From Macrostomum lignano (lineage: Eukaryota): a stretch of DNA of 32,984 nucleotides. Position numbers and translations under genes: made by a program. The notes below the pieces were generated by a model, which saw only the letters and a program-made list of their open reading frames with translations, was not told the origin of the DNA and did not search any database. The stretch lies in contig NIVC01004862.1 in the NCBI GenBank assembly GCA_002269645.1, positions 1 to 32,984 on the forward strand. Direction: 5' to 3'. How positions within the stretch are numbered: the first letter of the stretch is position 1; each line of letters starts with the position of its first letter. This document shows positions 31,139-32,984 of the stretch, in pieces.

Positions 31139-32984
31139 ATGAAACTTGGAATCAGCTTAATAGCGACTGCAGCCGTTGTGCTGCAGACTGTACACGGCTA
31201 CTCAAGTTTCAAGTCGAGGATACCCAACGGAGATCGCGTCCCGAACCCGTGCCAGGTGGGCACCATCTGGGCCGGAGTGGGGCACGAGAGTGCGGTTGGA
31301 GCCGACACTCGCAACAAGTTCGGTTTAGACTTCAAGGCGGCCGGGCTCCAGTGGACGGTCGACCTGTGCCGCAAGGACTCGGACGGCGACGGACTCACGA
31401 ACGGCCAAGAGCTCGGAGACCCCGACTGCGTGTGGAAGGTCGGAGCCACTCCGGCGCGTACGACTGGACTGTCCCACCCTGGAATTTGCGAGTTCGGCTC
31501 CACAAAATGCAGCAACGCGTGGAACGTGTGCCCAAAAGCATTCAGCTGTCCAGCCATGAATGACCCCAGTGTGACCGTGAGAAACTTCACCATCAACAAG
31601 AACACCCCGGTTCCAGCGAAGGAAACCACGTATGTCTGTCAGGCGTTCGAGCTGAACAACACCGCCACGCCTGTTCACCTGATCGGATCAAAGCCAATCA
31701 TTGACAACAAGAACGTCATGCACCACATGATCATGTACGCCTGCTCTTCGAAGCCGAATCAGACGTTTTTCGACGCCCCGCAGGAGTGCTTTATGGCCCG
31801 CTCGGACTGCAATGAGATAGTCAATCTGTGGGCATTCGGGCTCGAGGGCGAGTGCTATAACAACAACACCGGCTATCGCATCGGAGGCGAGGGCTATCGC
31901 TACGCAATGCTGGAGCTCCACTGGAACAATCCGGCTAAGCTCAGTACATATACAGACTCATCTGGCTTGGCGCTCTACTTCACCCCAACCTGAGAAAATA
32001 CGACCAGGGCACTGCAATGTACGGCGAAGGCAATCTCGTGCTTCCGCCGCGTCAGCCAGTGGTTAATTTTAACCACACTTGCCCGTCGGTGTGCACGGAG
32101 AAGTACCACACGGAGACGCGCTACATCACCGGAGCCGGCATCCACATGCACGGCTACGGAGTGCAGGGCCGCATCTCGCTATGGCGAAATGGAACTCTCG
32201 TCAAGGATTTGCATCCGCTGCAGGCCTACGATTACAACTCGCCTAAAATGAACATGTTCGATCCGCCAATCGAATACCGCAGAGGTGACGAAGTTAAAAC
32301 TGAATGCTACTTCAGCACTCTAAAGTCCAATAAAACAATTTACTTCGGCGAAGGAACTAGTGACGAAATGTGCCTGTCGTTTCTGTCCTATTATCCCAAC
32401 AATGTCAGCAAGCCGAATTCTGAAAAGCTGGGCAGCTGCATCGCCGTCTCCGGAATCAACATGTGCTGGGTGCAGAGCGGCATCGAGCCTCACATAGAGC
32501 GGGAATGCAACATCACAGACATGCGAAACGGCAACCTCACTGAACAGGTATCAGCCGAAATGACAGCCAATGGATGCTTCTCCAAGACCGGCTGCAATCC
32601 AAAATGCCGTGACTATCTCAACAACACCCTGTGGCCGTCGAACGCCTGCTACGATCCGAAGCGAGCGCTTCAGATGACCGAGACAATGGCCACGGGATAT
32701 CTGATAAATCAGTCACGCAAGCCGACCTTTATTAAGACACTATACGGTCAGAGCTTCTGCAACAGGAGGTTGCCATGCTGTCGACGCTAGACCAGAAAGC
32801 TGCCACAATTTCGGCGTCTACAACCCGACTACAAACCAGGTGTTGGGTTCGAGTTACACTGGATTGAAGTCCGAGCACCTGCTTATCATTATTATTGTTT
32901 GCAGCTGCCTCGGCTTATCATTCATAATCATAGCTATTCTGGGTGTAGCGCTAGCAAGCTAGGAGGCGACGGCTTCCCGAAGCC
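31139..32984 (+). CDS. Gene 4: divergent temptin-domain copper type II monooxygenase with C-terminal TM. Broken as written by 3-4 single-base deletions (assembly error or pseudogene) and probably runs off the window.
   Basis: Signal peptide MKLGISLIATAAVVLQTVHG; temptin domain; MHHM, LELHWNNP, IHMH, DEMC. One-base shifts at ~31987, ~32762 and ~32825 restore FTPNLRKYDQGTAMYGE, CxQEVAML and TTPTTNQ...KSEHLLIIIIVCSCLGLSFIIIAILGVALA. Confidence 0.85.

Noticed and set aside
31991-32016. Tiny intron or two separate genes between ORFs 31082-31993 and 32017-32790
   Set aside because: The gap is colinear coding sequence (LRKYDQGTA vs paralog LRPYDLGTL) with no GT-AG; it is a one-base frameshift.

Overview
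Repeat-rich genomic DNA from an invertebrate animal. A lophotrochozoan such as a flatworm or mollusc is likely, but that is inference. The core is a cluster of four paralogous genes with no CDS introns: three tandem on the minus strand (5153-6838, 12445-14121, ~24373-26297) and one divergent on the plus strand (31139 to the window end). Each encodes a signal peptide, a temptin-like domain with an EF-hand-type DSDGDGxxNGQE loop, a copper type II ascorbate-dependent monooxygenase core (DBH/TBH/MOXD1/PHM family, all six Cu ligands present) and an 8-Cys C-terminal domain. The ORF track hides that genes 3 and 4 carry a homologous Ser/Thr stalk and transmembrane helix one base out of frame. Genes 1 and 2 have lost this anchor and keep only a decayed trace of it just after their stop codons. 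The cluster therefore appears to encode both secreted and membrane-anchored enzymes, with divergent active-site residues and gene-conversion tracts. The intergenic DNA is nested transposon debris: Gypsy gag and integrase relics, R1/LOA-type LINEs (one splits a THAP ORF), a Crypton fragment, two CORE-SINEs, and Harbinger, hAT, Mutator/foldback and Tc1-like MITEs, several with identifiable target-site duplications.
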